This document shows positions 35,391-46,790 of a DNA stretch of 64,000 bases, in pieces (the stretch's first letter is position 1; every line of letters begins with the position of its first letter). A program made the position numbers and the translations under genes. The stretch comes from an uncultured delta proteobacterium (lineage in GTDB: Bacteria; Desulfobacterota; Binatia; UBA9968). Below the pieces are notes generated by a model, which made no database searches, had not been told where the DNA came from, and was given only the letters and a program-made list of their open reading frames with translations. The stretch is from positions 1 to 64,000 of the forward strand of contig CAWDPO010000015.1 of the NCBI GenBank assembly GCA_963804165.1, written 5' to 3'.

Positions 35391-37260
35391 GGACATGAGA
35401 AAAAATACCCGGCGGCTCAGGGGCGTAGTATATATAGGAGCATACTGAAGTTCAGAGCAAGAGCCGGACTCTTATAATAGAAGTCAGACGTGAAGCGGAG
35501 CGGACGAGGAGAAAAGAGAGTGGGGATTGAACAAGGGAGATTGGCGGGGTGTGAAGCGGCGGTTTTGAGTGAAGCTGAAGGGGAAGGCAGGCCGAAGTCT
35601 GAAGCCAGGTTTAGCAAGCCGCGCAACGAAGTGATCGACCGCGAGCAGCTGTGTTGGCGGCGGGTGGATGTAGAGCGGCTGATCGGGGAAGAGCATGCGG
35701 CGCGAGCGATCTGGGAATTTGTTGGGCGGCTGGATATGAGCGGGTACCGAGAAGAGGTTCGAGCGGTGGAGGGCAAAGCGGGACGGCCCGGGTGGGAGCC
35801 GCGGTTACTGATCAGCCTGTGGGTGTATGCGTACAGTCAAGGAGTCGGATCAGCGCGAGCGATCGAAGAGTTATGTGAATGGGAGCCGGCCTACCAGTGG
35901 CTGACGGGATCAAGAGTGGTCAATGCCCATACGCTATCGGACTTTCGCGTCAAGCACGACAAGGCGCTCCAAGGATTGTTCGTCCAGATCCTGGGGCTGT
36001 TGAGTGCCGATGGACTGATCACGCTGGAACGGGTGATGCAGGACGGGACCAAGATTCGAGCGAAGGCGGCCCAGGATAGTTTTCGGAGAAAAGAGCGAGT
36101 CGAACAAGCGCTCAAAGAAGCCAAGGAGCAAGTCGCCGCGCTCCAAGCGCAGAGCGAAGAGGAAACCAGCCGGCGCATGGCCACGGCACGCCAGCGAGCG
36201 GCCCGCGAACGCCAGGAGCGGTTGGAGCAGGTGCTTAAGGAATTTGAGCAACTGGAGAAAGAAGGCAAGGACAAAGAGCACAGACGAGTCAGCACGAGTG
36301 ATCCTGAGGCGCGAGTGATGAAGCAACCTGACGGTGGCTTTGCGCCGAGCTACAACGTGCAGATCGACACCGATGCGAAGAACTGTGTGGTGGTGGCGGT
36401 GGGAGTGGTGCAAGCGGGCAATGACTTCGAGCAATTGGAGCCTGGGATTGACCGAGTGCAACGGAACCAAGGCGAGACCCCTAAAGAGGTGGTCACCGAC
36501 GGAGGATTTGTCAGCCGAGATACGATCGTGGCGATGAAGCGGCAGGCCATAGAGTACATCGCCCCCTGTGTCGATGAGGCGGGCAAGGGACAGAGTTCCT
36601 ATGACAGCCGCGGCGTGAGCGCCGAGTATCAAAGTTCCCAGTTTATCTACGATGCCCAGAGCAATAGTGATCGCTGTCCGCAGGGAAAGATACTCTCGTA
36701 CGAGGGCAAAGAAGAGCGCCACCTGCAGCTGAGCTAGCGGTATCGAGCGCAGAGATCGGACTGCGAGGGATGTCCGATGAAGAGCCAATGTTGTCCTGGG
36801 AATCGAGTGACGGGGCGATCGGTGCATCGCAGCGAAGAGTTGGCCGAAGTGGCTGAGTTTCGCCACAAGATGCAGAGCGAAAGAGCGCGCGAGATCTACA
36901 AAACCAGAGCGCAGGTGGCCGAGACGCCCAATCTGTGGATCAAGGCGAAGTTTGGGCTACGCCAGTTCAGCGTGCGCGGGTTAGTCAAGGTGGGGATGGA
37001 GGCGTTGTGGGCTTGTCTAACTTATAACATCCGCATCTGGATTCGTCTGTGCTGGAGACAAGTGGCAACGGTACCCGCGTCCTGAAAAGGGAGAAGCAGC
37101 TCGTGTAGAGGGGAAAATCGCGAGTTGGGGCGGCTAATGAGCCCAACAGCGTGTCCGAATCGGCTCAACCACTGAGCACGGATGGTTTTTCTGCAACTGA
37201 GAAAACCGCCGACATGCGAGAACGACTCACGTCGCCAAGTTTCGATTTTTTCTCACGACC
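35391..37260 (+). mobile_element. IS1182-family insertion sequence
   Basis: IRs GGACATGAGAAAAAAT / ATTTTTTCTCACGACC; flanking duplication GCA (or CGCAG if the ends are 1 bp inward). Confidence 0.88.
35490..37085 (+). pseudogene. IS1182 transposase with in-frame TAG at 36735-36737
   Basis: GRPGWEPRLL..SAR, DGTKIRA, TSDPEAR, SYNVQ, TDGGF; ORF 36777..37085 continues in the same frame. Confidence 0.85.
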
Positions 37261-37505
37261 GCAGAGAACGCAGAGAGAAAATCCTCTCGGGAAACTCCGT
37301 ATTACTTAGTTGAAAATTTGCGCGACCTACGCAAATGATCTGGAAGCTCAAAGCACTCGGAGTCGGAAATTCCTCCCGCCAAGGCGCAAAGTCGCCAAGT
37401 TTAGAGGGGAAGATGAAAACTCTTACGAATGGCGGACTTTGCGTCTTTGCGCGAGATAATCCGATTGGGTTGCGGCTCTGCCGCGCTGGGTCTCCGCGGT
37501 GAATA
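37261..37505. repeat. Nested REP-like repeats (GCAGAG units; CGCCAAG/CTTTGCG units)
   Basis: GCAGAGAACGCAGAG, CGCCAAGGCGCAAAG...CTTTGCGTCTTTGCG, CTCCGCGGTGAA between convergent genes. Confidence 0.65.
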
Positions 37506-37517
37506 TTTAGGTTTTGG

Positions 37518-38612
37518 TTAGGCCACCGCTTTGGTTTCGGCTTTTTCTACTCGGGCTTTGAGCCGCGGATAAAAGCGCAGAGGGTTGTCCCAGAAGATTT
37601 TCCGCTTCAGCTCGTCGCTGACGTCCTTTCGATTGATCAGATTCGGGATGTCGCGGCTGAAGTCGCGTTGATCGCGCTCGTGCGGATAGTCGGACGCCCA
37701 GATGAGTGCGTTCTCATTCGCCACCTGTGCCGCCAGAGGCAGCGCCGATTCTTCGACTTCGACGGCGAAAAAGATGTTCCCTTTCTTGACGTATTCGCTT
37801 GGCTTGAGCTTGCAGCGCGGCGAGTAGTGGCCCTTGCGCTCTTGCTCTTCGTCCATGCGATCCATCATGTAGGGCACCCAACCGACGCCGCATTCGATGC
37901 AGCCGAATTTGAAGTTTGGAAATAGTTCAAACACGCCCTCGAACATGAGCGCGGTGAATTGGCGAATCTGGGCGAAAGGATGTTCCAACGTGTGGCCGAT
38001 GGTGAAATTGTTCACCATGTCGAGACCGAGCGCCGGCATGCTCAGTCCGCCGTGGGTCGAAACCGGCACGTCGAGCTTCTGCGCCTCTTCCCAAAGCGGA
38101 TAAAACTCAGGACCGCTGTAAAGTCTTCCGGCCGGAGCGACTGCGGGCAACACGGCGCCGACCATGCCCAATTCATTCACCGCGCGACGCAGCTCTTTCA
38201 CTGCTTCAGAAATATCCTGGATCGGCAGAAGCGCGACGCCGACCAGACGCGGGCTGACTTTCATGAACTTGTGACAGAGCCAGTCGTTGTAGGTGCGCGC
38301 CATGCAGATCGCCCAGTCTTTGTCCTGGATTGCGCCGTGGGTCAAACCTTGCGTCGGATACAGAACGGTCAGTTCAATCTTGTTGATGTCGAGAAAGTTC
38401 AACCAATCCTTCGCATGCGGGCCGGTACCACCGCCCGCCCAACCGCCCGGCTTGCGTAGCGAACGTAGGAAACCGTCCATCGTGAGTCCGGGCCAAAACG
38501 AGTAGCTTTGGTGCCATTCGAGATCCTTGTACGGCGGGCCGATGAATTCGCGCAGCTCGCTGTCGAGTTCCATCACATGTCCGTCGGCATCGATGATGCG
38601 ATAATCAGCCAT
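37518..38612 (-). CDS. Amidohydrolase family protein (Amidohydro_2)
   Basis: IIDADGH, ECGVGW, WASDYPH. Confidence 0.9.
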   Translation of the reverse strand: MADYRIIDADGHVMELDSELREFIGPPYKDLEWHQSYSFWPGLTMDGFLRSLRKPGGWAGGGTGPHAKDWLNFLDINKIELTVLYPTQGLTHGAIQDKDWAICMARTYNDWLCHKFMKVSPRLVGVALLPIQDISEAVKELRRAVNELGMVGAVLPAVAPAGRLYSGPEFYPLWEEAQKLDVPVSTHGGLSMPALGLDMVNNFTIGHTLEHPFAQIRQFTALMFEGVFELFPNFKFGCIECGVGWVPYMMDRMDEEQERKGHYSPRCKLKPSEYVKKGNIFFAVEVEESALPLAAQVANENALIWASDYPHERDQRDFSRDIPNLINRKDVSDELKRKIFWDNPLRFYPRLKARVEKAETKAVA

Positions 38613-38790
38613 CTTCTTGTGCTCCTTCCAGGAATTCTTTGCCGCCAGAGGCAGCGCATCGCGACGATTACGTTCCGAATCATAGGTGGACCTCGATCTA
38701 CTGTCAACGAATCTCCTCATTTCGTTGACAGTCCTTTAGCGCGGTGTTAAGTGACCGCATAAAAAGCGACGCATGGGGGAGGTAAGGACG

Positions 38791-39537
38791 ATGCGCTTCA
38801 AAGATAGCTCCGTGGTCATCACCGGTGGGGGCGGGAAGATCGCAAAAGCATACGCGGTCGCCTTCGCCAAAGAAGGCGCCAAGGTCGCGCTGCCTGACAT
38901 TGCCAGCGCCGATCACGTGGTGAAAGTCATCCGAGACATGGGCGGGACCGCCATCAGCATGGCTTGCGACGTTTCGGATGAGAAAAGCGTGAAAGGGATG
39001 GTGGAAGAAACGGTGAAGCATTTTGGCACCGTCGACATTCTCATCAACAACGCGGCCTATTTTATGACCGTCTGGAAAGGGCCGTTTTGGGAAATGACCG
39101 TGGAGGAGTTCGACAAAGCGATGGCGGTCAACGTGCGCGGCTCGTGGTTGTGCGCAAAGGCCGTCGTTCCCCACATGCAAGAGCAGAAAAAGGGAAAGAT
39201 CATAAACATTTCATCCAACGTCGCTCTCACTGGCAATCCCAACTACATTCACTACGTCACTTCAAAGGGAGCGATCATCTCTATGACCCGCGCCATGGCG
39301 CGCGAGTTGGGAGACTGGAATATTTGTGTCAACACAGTGAGCCCAGGATTCGTGGTCACCGAGGGCCGCCATGTCGATCCCGAGTATGAAAAAATTCGCG
39401 CCCAGCAACGCAGTTTAAAACGTTCTCAGGTCGAAAATGATCTGGTCGGGACGGTCTTATATCTCTCCTCTGCAGAGAGTGATTTCATGACCGGACAACT
39501 CCTGAACGTGGACGGTGGGTATCACTTCGTCGGATGA
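38791..39537 (+). CDS. SDR family oxidoreductase
   Basis: TGGGGKIA, NNAA, YVTSK, VDGG. Confidence 0.92.
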   Translation: MRFKDSSVVITGGGGKIAKAYAVAFAKEGAKVALPDIASADHVVKVIRDMGGTAISMACDVSDEKSVKGMVEETVKHFGTVDILINNAAYFMTVWKGPFWEMTVEEFDKAMAVNVRGSWLCAKAVVPHMQEQKKGKIINISSNVALTGNPNYIHYVTSKGAIISMTRAMARELGDWNICVNTVSPGFVVTEGRHVDPEYEKIRAQQRSLKRSQVENDLVGTVLYLSSAESDFMTGQLLNVDGGYHFVG

Positions 39538-39668
39538 GAATTTAAATCATTTTTCAACGGTAGAAGCCTCGGGTCCGTTTAATTCTCAGGCCAGGGCGGA
39601 CTAAAACTGCAGTTTTTTGACCGCAGTTTAGTTTGTCAGTTGTTTGGCCGCGGATTAGAATACGGCGT

Positions 39669-41414
39669 ATGGTCGATCAAGATCGCTCAGAACACCGCCC
39701 ACAATTCCCGGTATCTTTTCTCAACTACGCCCCGGTGCCACTAACATTCGGCACCAGTGGGTTGCGCGGCCTGGTCAAAGACATCACCGACCTCGAAGCT
39801 TACATCAACGTCAAAGGGACGCTACGTTACTTGTTGGCCATCGGCGATATTCGGGCCAAAAGCACTGTGGTCATCGCCGGCGACCTCCGCCCGAGCACCG
39901 ACCGGATCATGCGCGCGTCAATTCAAGCTATTATCGACCTGGGATTACTAGTCGAGAACGCCGGCAAGATTCCTACGCCTGCGTTGGTTGCGCGAGCTAT
40001 TTCCAATGGACACGCCGGTGTGATGGTGACCGGTAGTCATATTCCCTTCGATCGTAACGGCATAAAAATCAATAAGAGCGCTGGCGAGGTGCTGAAATCT
40101 GATGAGGCCGGTATCATCGCCGAGGTGGAACGGATTCGAGCTGAAGAGTATGGCCGCAACGCGGAAACGTCGATGTTCGACGCCTCCGGCATGCGCAAAC
40201 ACGCGCCCGAATTACCGACGCTCGATCACGCCGCCGAGGATGCTTATGTGACTCGCTACTTGAATTGCTTCCCCCACGGCGGTCTTTCCGGCATGCGGGT
40301 GCTCGTTTATCAGCATTCCGCCGTGGGGCGCGACATCTTGGCGCGGATCCTCCGTGAGCTCGGCGCTGAAGTCGTGACCGTCGGGAGGAGCGATACATTC
40401 ATTCCCATCGATACCGAAAATATCACCGACGAGCAGCTCGACCGTTTGCAGGAATTCGTCAATGCCGTCGAGGCGGATGGCGGCGCGGCACATGCCATCG
40501 TGTCCACCGACGGCGACTCGGACCGGCCGCTGGTGACCGCGGTGTTGCCTACGGGCAGCGCTATGCCAAACGGCAAGCGCGTGCGCTTTTTGCCTGGCGA
40601 TTTACTCGGCGTCGTGGTTGCCGAGTATCTGCGCGCGGATGCGGCGGCGGTTCCGATCAGCGCCAACGACGCCGTCGAGCGCCGCTTGCGCGAACGGAAT
40701 ATCTTGCTTGAAAAGACCAAAATCGGTTCGCCGTACGTGATCGCCGCGCTCGACGAGTTGCGTGGCTCTGGAAAATTCCAACGAGTCGTCGGCTGGGAAG
40801 CGAACGGCGGTTTTTTGACCGGCAGCGATATCATAGTAGGGGAATCCAGGCTGGCGGCGCTGCCGACGCGCGATGCGATATTGCCGATCTTGGCGAATTT
40901 GTTCGCGGCCGCGCAGCAGGGGATCAGCTTATCCGCTCTATGGGATCGTTTGCCCACGCGTTTAGGACGGGCTGGATTGATCGATAATTTTCCCGTAAGC
41001 GCGAGCCAAGCCATTCTTGCCCACCTGATTTCGTCCGGGGACACCATCATCGAAGTGGAGTTCGATGACGCAGGCGGAATTATCGATCGCACGCGCGCGG
41101 GTGGGAGCTCCGTCCGACTGACGGGCCGAGTTGCCCAAGAGTGGCAACAATGCAAAGTGATTTTACAGAGTTTTTTTACCAGCTCGCAGGGATTCGACGA
41201 GATCGTGCGTATCAACGTTCTCGACGGCGTGCGCATATATTTTCGTAATGGCGACGTCGCGCACGTCCGGCCATCGGGCAACGCGCCTCAGCTGCGAATT
41301 TATGCCAATGCCGATTCACAAGCGCGCGCCGACGAAATCGTCAACCTAGCGGTGTGCGAACCTGACGGAATTTTGCGTCAGATGGAACGAGCGTTCACGA
41401 AAAATACGGCGTAA
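39669..41414 (+). CDS. Phosphomannomutase/phosphoglucomutase
   Basis: FGTSGLRG, VTGSHIP, DGDSDR, GWEANGG, RPSGNAP. Confidence 0.92.
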   Translation: MVDQDRSEHRPQFPVSFLNYAPVPLTFGTSGLRGLVKDITDLEAYINVKGTLRYLLAIGDIRAKSTVVIAGDLRPSTDRIMRASIQAIIDLGLLVENAGKIPTPALVARAISNGHAGVMVTGSHIPFDRNGIKINKSAGEVLKSDEAGIIAEVERIRAEEYGRNAETSMFDASGMRKHAPELPTLDHAAEDAYVTRYLNCFPHGGLSGMRVLVYQHSAVGRDILARILRELGAEVVTVGRSDTFIPIDTENITDEQLDRLQEFVNAVEADGGAAHAIVSTDGDSDRPLVTAVLPTGSAMPNGKRVRFLPGDLLGVVVAEYLRADAAAVPISANDAVERRLRERNILLEKTKIGSPYVIAALDELRGSGKFQRVVGWEANGGFLTGSDIIVGESRLAALPTRDAILPILANLFAAAQQGISLSALWDRLPTRLGRAGLIDNFPVSASQAILAHLISSGDTIIEVEFDDAGGIIDRTRAGGSSVRLTGRVAQEWQQCKVILQSFFTSSQGFDEIVRINVLDGVRIYFRNGDVAHVRPSGNAPQLRIYANADSQARADEIVNLAVCEPDGILRQMERAFTKNTA

Positions 41415-41475
41415 TTTCCTTGGTGGCGCGCCATCTTCTCGTGACGAAAGTTTCGAGGATGGGCGGCAATCCCCG

Positions 41476-42534
41476 TCAATATCCGCGTTGCCAGTCGATC
41501 ACGTTTTCCAGCGGTTGGCCTTCCAGATAGCGCGCCAAGTTGTCGCAGAATAAATTTCACGCCTTGATGCTCGGAGACGTCTGTAACCGCGGAAACATGG
41601 GGCGTGATGACGACGCGCTTATCGTCCCACAGGAGCGCATCGGGGGCGCGATCAAATTCACCGTCATAGACGTCAAGTGCCGACGCCGCGAAGTTTGCCC
41701 TCAGCCAGAGCGACGCAGAGCCTTTTCGTCGATGATCTCGCCGCGAGAAATGTTGACTAAAACAGTTCCTGGTTTCATCGCTATGAAAGCCTTTTGTCCG
41801 ATAAGGTGCTTCGTCTCCTTTGTCCACGGACAACAAACGGCAACGAATTCACTCTCGCCCAGCAGTTCATACAATGCGTCGGCGCATTCCAGGCGCGTAA
41901 AGGCGTAGAGGTATGCGGCGCCCGGTGCGATGCTCCGCCGTGTGCCGACGACACGCATCCCGGCCGCCGCGCAGAGCTTCGCGACTTCCTGGCCGATCCC
42001 TCCCGCGCCGACAACGCAGACAGTCTTGTCGCGAATGATTATCGGATCGTAAGTGTGATGATCGAAACTGTGCCGCCGTTGATCGCGGTAACTCAAGTGA
42101 AAGCCGCGAGAAAAATGGAGAAAGCTCGCCAATACATACTCGGCCATGGGGCGCCTATTGGTAAGCCCCCGTGAAGTGGTCACGATAACATCGGAACCCC
42201 AGAGATCGGTATCCAGAAAATTGCTCGCTCCCGCGGGAGTTTCGTGGACCCATTTCAAGAGTGGTGCGCGGGCGCGTATATCCTTTAATGGCGGCCAGCC
42301 GATCAGCACGACCTCGGCGCAAGCCAGCGCATGGTTGCGCTGATCGAGACTTGTCGGAGGATACTTCCGATTACCGAGATACCGATCAATGGTCCATTGC
42401 GGCCAAGTAGCGCGCAGCTCGGCATCAAACCATCCCCTGGCATCGACGACTTTGACTCGTGCATTGACGTCGGCAATTCGGTCGAGCACCTCGTTCGGCA
42501 CTTGCGGGATTACCAACACTTTGACGCTCTCCAT
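41476..42534 (-). CDS. D-2-hydroxyacid dehydrogenase (frameshifted 3')
   Basis: GAGGIG, VNISRGEIIDE, ITPHVS. Confidence 0.88.
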
Positions 42535-42773
42535 AGGGCACGTTATCTAGAGGCGGATTCGAGAGACACAATAGAGATTTTCTGGTACAAATTCAGAGCG
42601 GTGGAACGCCGACACTGTATATTCACTCCCTTGCCTCAGGGATAAACTAAATCAAGCCCAGTTTCCTACCACGGTAGCAACGGAAAGATCCGGGGCATGC
42701 ACCAGCAACTCTGAGTTCGTCTCTCGCGTAATGATTTCCGCGACCGACCGCGATCGACTGCATCTCCGAATGC

Positions 42774-43304
42774 CTACTGACCCGATGACGGTTCGAGTCG
42801 GACAGTGGCGGTACCCGAATCTACCATGTCCAGTGCTTTTGCCGCCGCCTGCGATAGATCGATGATGCGATTTTCGACGAAAGGGCCACGATCAGTAATC
42901 TCTACTTCCACAGACTTTCCATTGGCGAGATTAGTAACCTTGATCTTGCTACCGAAGGGTAGGCTTGCATGTGCGGCGGTAAGCCTGGCTTGATCATAAA
43001 TTGTTCCGCTGGCCGTCTGTTTCCCTTGATGTTGCGCGCCATACCAGGAAGCTTGCCCGGTTTGTGGCAATTTCTCTGGTACGGCGGGAGGTTTCTTAGC
43101 CGTGGGTTGAGCGGGTGCAGGTCGGCCCGGTGTTTCGACCGGCGCGGCAATATCCGGCGGACGTTGAAGCAATGCGCAGCCCTGAGAAAGCAGCAGACCT
43201 AAACAGCTCGCTAATAGACACGAGCGCTTCTCGGAAAAACCGCTGGCAACGAATCTGAGTAGCGACAAAGAGAAACCATTCGCCATCTGCACCTCGTATG
43301 GCAT
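42774..43304 (-). CDS. rlpA: RlpA family lytic transglycosylase lipoprotein
   Basis: GQASWYG, LTAAHASLPFG, ITDRGPF..RIIDLS. Confidence 0.88.
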   Translation of the reverse strand: MPYEVQMANGFSLSLLRFVASGFSEKRSCLLASCLGLLLSQGCALLQRPPDIAAPVETPGRPAPAQPTAKKPPAVPEKLPQTGQASWYGAQHQGKQTASGTIYDQARLTAAHASLPFGSKIKVTNLANGKSVEVEITDRGPFVENRIIDLSQAAAKALDMVDSGTATVRLEPSSGQ

Positions 43305-43556
43305 TTCGCCTATGTTAACAAGGCAAGCCGCCGTGGTCTACCGTCTGAATTTGAGTTTCAACAACGGGACAAGTCAAGCCTGATTGTCGTTTTGTAAGTG
43401 CGGCTGAAAATGCTGATGGGTTGGGGGGAATAACCAAAGAACGATTTGAGGTGTCGGGAGTCTTTTTCAGTTTCGAACCAACAGGTTCACTTTGATGGCT
43501 TACGAAGTTTTGAAATGTTAAATCTAAATCACTCTTACAACGTCCGAAGCTGGGGG

Positions 43557-43853
43557 CTACCTTTTAGGCGGAACTAAAAAGATTTGCTGGATGTTTTTCT
43601 GAGTGGAATGTCTGCCTGTCATCGGGCAGGACACGCCATTATTGGCAAGGTCTGCGAGGTTTTTCGGAACGGGTTTCCCTTTGTACAGCGCGCCGATGCT
43701 TTGTTTGTCGACGGGGCCATCTTCCAATGCAACGGAAATCCCCAGCTCATGGATTCCCCCACATTTGTTGCAAGTAACGAGGACCTCGTACAGGGTTTGT
43801 GAACTCTTCGCAATAAGGGGGTCTGCTGCCAGTATCGTTCGGTGTGGGTGCAT
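43557..43853 (-). CDS. Hypothetical small Cys-containing protein
   Basis: CNKCGGIH and CPMTG motifs; start uncertain. Confidence 0.55.
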   Translation of the reverse strand: MHPHRTILAADPLIAKSSQTLYEVLVTCNKCGGIHELGISVALEDGPVDKQSIGALYKGKPVPKNLADLANNGVSCPMTGRHSTQKNIQQIFLVPPKR

Positions 43854-43956
43854 TAAGTGCGTCCGACGTTAGTTATGCCGGCTCCGTTGTTTGGAAGAGA
43901 AAAACGAACAAGTCTTCGATCGACAATAGAGTCGGTTTCTGTTGGTGGGGAGCCTG

Positions 43957-43976
43957 CCCTGAGTGAAGTCGAAGAG
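43957..43976 (+). repeat. REP-like CCCTGAG-N-GTCGAAG motif
   Basis: Similar to 46882..46902 and to the IS110 target site. Confidence 0.6.
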
Positions 43977-44016
43977 ATCCACTATTGGTTAAAGCCATTT
44001 ACCTGTTACAGCCTTA

Positions 44017-44547
44017 CTAGTTCAACTTGTTTTCACCGGGTTCAAGCGCGCTGTCAATTCGTGCCTCTGCGGCAGTTTTGCTTTCCCCCATGACTTCCGA
44101 GATCTCGCATATCAGGAGCTTTCTCGCGCGATACAGCGTCTCCCGCTCGCGCGCTGCCAGGGTCTTGGTGCTGCTTAGCTGCGTCAGCGACTCGACCATG
44201 TGGGCCAGTTCGAATACGGTTCCCGAGCTGAATAGTTTCAAATTGTCCAGCTCGCGCTGGCGCCAGTTTTTGGCTGTTCCAGGAACTTTAGTTATTGCGA
44301 CGCGGGCCTTGAGATGGCGTAACAGCTTAGGAATCTCAGAGCGGGTCAGCAACGCCCGCATACGTAGATCGTCGGATTTATCGACCGGCACAAACAACTC
44401 GGCCCTACTATCGTCCAAGAGGGCTAATCGGTAATAGCTCGCCGCCCTTCCACAAACCATTTTCTGAACGACCGCACCAATAAGACAGGGACCGCGACCC
44501 GGATAAACAACTTTCTCGCCAACTGTCAGAGTCATTCGAATCTCCAT
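44017..44547 (-). CDS. CarD family transcriptional regulator
   Basis: VGEKVVYPGRG, NWRQR, ARKLLICEISEV. Confidence 0.85.
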   Translation of the reverse strand: MEIRMTLTVGEKVVYPGRGPCLIGAVVQKMVCGRAASYYRLALLDDSRAELFVPVDKSDDLRMRALLTRSEIPKLLRHLKARVAITKVPGTAKNWRQRELDNLKLFSSGTVFELAHMVESLTQLSSTKTLAARERETLYRARKLLICEISEVMGESKTAAEARIDSALEPGENKLN

Positions 44548-44777
44548 TTCTGCTGGATTTTGGGTAAAACTCGTCGTCCAGTGCTTACGCGGCATCGGAG
44601 AGCGTGTCAGATACTGAGGTAAACAGGAGAAAGTAACTACGATCTTCGGTGTAGAGGAACTCTACCACGTCTGTCTGGAATAAGATATAGCTTGCAAGGT
44701 CCGAGTTTACACCGCTATATCCTGGGTCGCGTCGCTCTTTCGGCGTAATCTCGGCGGCGCACCGCTAGCCGATTTGA

Positions 44778-45572
44778 CTACGCCGCCGTTTCCCACTTAT
44801 CGACGTCGACTTCCCAACCTTTGGTTTGCGATAGATCCAATGCGTTCCCTTCGATGTCGCGGAAGCGGAATTCGGCGTACGGTCGGGTCGAGGGGCGGGG
44901 CGTGATTTTTAACACGCTGCTCAACTCGGCTATCGTCGCCTGCATCGTGTTCGTTAAGAAACCAATGTGATTGATGCCGAACTTGGCTTCGTGGCCCTCG
45001 ATGCGATTGTAGAAGGGATGAATGGCGAGATTGGTTTTACCGTCAGCGCAGAAGCGGTTGCCGCGGCCTTGCTGGCGGCGCAGATAGCTCGACGGGATTT
45101 CGCGCAAGCCGAAAACCTGGGTGTAGAAGAGCAGCATGGTCTCCGGATCGAGAGCGTTGTAGGCGATATGGCGCACGCGTGGAAACTGCTTCTCTCTGCT
45201 CGCCGGCACTCCGAAACTTGTCGTCGATACCGTGACCGGGCGGCATTCCGGGTCATGTAGGCGGATCTCGCCATGCTGGAGGTCGTTGGGTTCCTGGATG
45301 ATCACGCCGCGCGGGTTCAATTTCAAAAAACGGCCTTTCACCTCTTCGAGATCGTCGACTTGCAAGCCGATATGATGCAACCCGATGTCCATGTGTATCT
45401 CACCGAGTGCCGGACGCTTTCTAAAAAACGTCAGGTTATAGAAACCGTCGGTGATCGTGATATCCCCTTCGTCAGAGCGGCCAAGCTCTTCAGTACCGAG
45501 GAAACGGTGATAGAAATTGACTAGCTTCGCCGGATCCTCAGCGAGATAGGCGACGTAACGAAGGGCGGACAT
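44778..45572 (-). CDS. VOC/glyoxalase family protein (two domains)
   Basis: GLHHIGLQV, RHIAY, GINHIGF, DIEGN. Confidence 0.85.
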   Translation of the reverse strand: MSALRYVAYLAEDPAKLVNFYHRFLGTEELGRSDEGDITITDGFYNLTFFRKRPALGEIHMDIGLHHIGLQVDDLEEVKGRFLKLNPRGVIIQEPNDLQHGEIRLHDPECRPVTVSTTSFGVPASREKQFPRVRHIAYNALDPETMLLFYTQVFGLREIPSSYLRRQQGRGNRFCADGKTNLAIHPFYNRIEGHEAKFGINHIGFLTNTMQATIAELSSVLKITPRPSTRPYAEFRFRDIEGNALDLSQTKGWEVDVDKWETAA

Positions 45573-45606
45573 GGGAATCTCCTTGTAAGTTGAGCTTCGA
45601 AGCAAT

Positions 45607-45690
45607 TGGAGTGGTGGAGTATTGGAGTGATGGGTAGGGCGAATCCGAGTTACCCAATACTCCAGTATTCCAACACTCCATCACCCCAAT
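45607..45690. repeat. Octamer-unit hairpin (TGGAGTRN ... NYACTCCA)
   Basis: TGGAGTGGTGGAGTATTGGAGTGATGG pairs with CCAATACTCCAGTATTCCAACACTCCA. Confidence 0.75.
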
Positions 45691-45692
45691 TC

Positions 45693-46790
45693 TCAGTCTC
45701 TGATATTCTGCGTAAACCACTCCAGCGGCAGCGGGTGACCGAGTCCCTTGGCTTTTGCCAAGTTATACGCCGTTCCGCCGACTGCAGCGAATTGCAGTCC
45801 TTGAGTTCCTTGGTTGTTGAGAAAAGTAATCTGTTGATCGTTGGCTCTGCCGACCCAACGGCCCGCGATAATGTCCGGTACAGTGCCTATGTTCGGGTTG
45901 TCGATCTCATGATGCGGGGACGCGGGGATTTTCTTCTTCTCGTCCGCATTGCCTGCGATGAAGCCAAACATGCCGTCGCTGCCGGTGACGACTTCGGGAG
46001 CGCTGCGATCGGCGAAGAGAGTGGAGGTACCGAGGCGCGCTCTTACATCGGCGCGCGCCAGCACGTCGGCGCCGGCTTCGTTGTTGCGCACGTTGTTGAC
46101 GTGCATGCCGGGTTCGAGCCACTCCGCTTTGATCACGGGAACCAACGAGTCGGTCGTCAGCGACACGATGTCGGCGCCTTTGAGGGCTTTTTCGGGCGAG
46201 TCCAGCGCCGTGACTTCGATGTCTAATTTTTCTGTCATCTCGGCTGCAAAGGCTTCGCGATTCTTTTTGGTCGGACTGAAGACGCGCATGGCTTCGATGG
46301 GCCGGACATGTTTGATCGCTTCCGCGTAGGTGCGCGCCATGCCGCCGGAGCCGATCATTGCGAGGACCGTGGAATTCTTCCGCGCCAGATACTTCGTGCC
46401 TATGCCGGCGCAGGCGCCGACGCGCATGTGCTGCAGGTAACCGTCGTTCATCAGCGCGAGGGGTTCGGCGTTGCGCGTGCTCAGCAGGAAAATTAAGCCG
46501 CAATAACGGCCGCGCTCCATGCAGAACTTGTCCTCGACCATGAAGCCGTCCTGATTTTCCCAGGCGAGCATGTCGGATTTCATGCGGATGGCGAAGACGC
46601 CGAGCTTGCGCGAAGCGCCTTCCATCGTCCCCCAGCGATAGTAATGCGGTTCCTCGGGCACATAAAAATCGATACGCGGGCGGTAGCCGGCGCGCTGATC
46701 GTTCAAGTCACGGTAGGCCTCTTCCATGGCGTCGATGCAAGTTTTCATGTCGAGAACCTGCTCGATCTGTTCGTTGGTCAGAAAAATCAT
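45693..46790 (-). CDS. Ornithine cyclodeaminase/mu-crystallin family protein
   Basis: LQHMRVGA, IGSGGMA, WLEPGMHV, GLQFAAVG. Confidence 0.88.
   Translation of the reverse strand: MIFLTNEQIEQVLDMKTCIDAMEEAYRDLNDQRAGYRPRIDFYVPEEPHYYRWGTMEGASRKLGVFAIRMKSDMLAWENQDGFMVEDKFCMERGRYCGLIFLLSTRNAEPLALMNDGYLQHMRVGACAGIGTKYLARKNSTVLAMIGSGGMARTYAEAIKHVRPIEAMRVFSPTKKNREAFAAEMTEKLDIEVTALDSPEKALKGADIVSLTTDSLVPVIKAEWLEPGMHVNNVRNNEAGADVLARADVRARLGTSTLFADRSAPEVVTGSDGMFGFIAGNADEKKKIPASPHHEIDNPNIGTVPDIIAGRWVGRANDQQITFLNNQGTQGLQFAAVGGTAYNLAKAKGLGHPLPLEWFTQNIRD

Noticed and set aside
35563-35582. REP-like TTTTGAGTGAAGCTGAAGGG in the IS1182 5' region
   Set aside because: Only a partial match to CCCTGAG-N-GTCGAAGGG; could be chance.
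36735-36737. Pyrrolysine or programmed readthrough of the transposase TAG
   Set aside because: No pyl machinery in view; a point mutation or base error is simpler.
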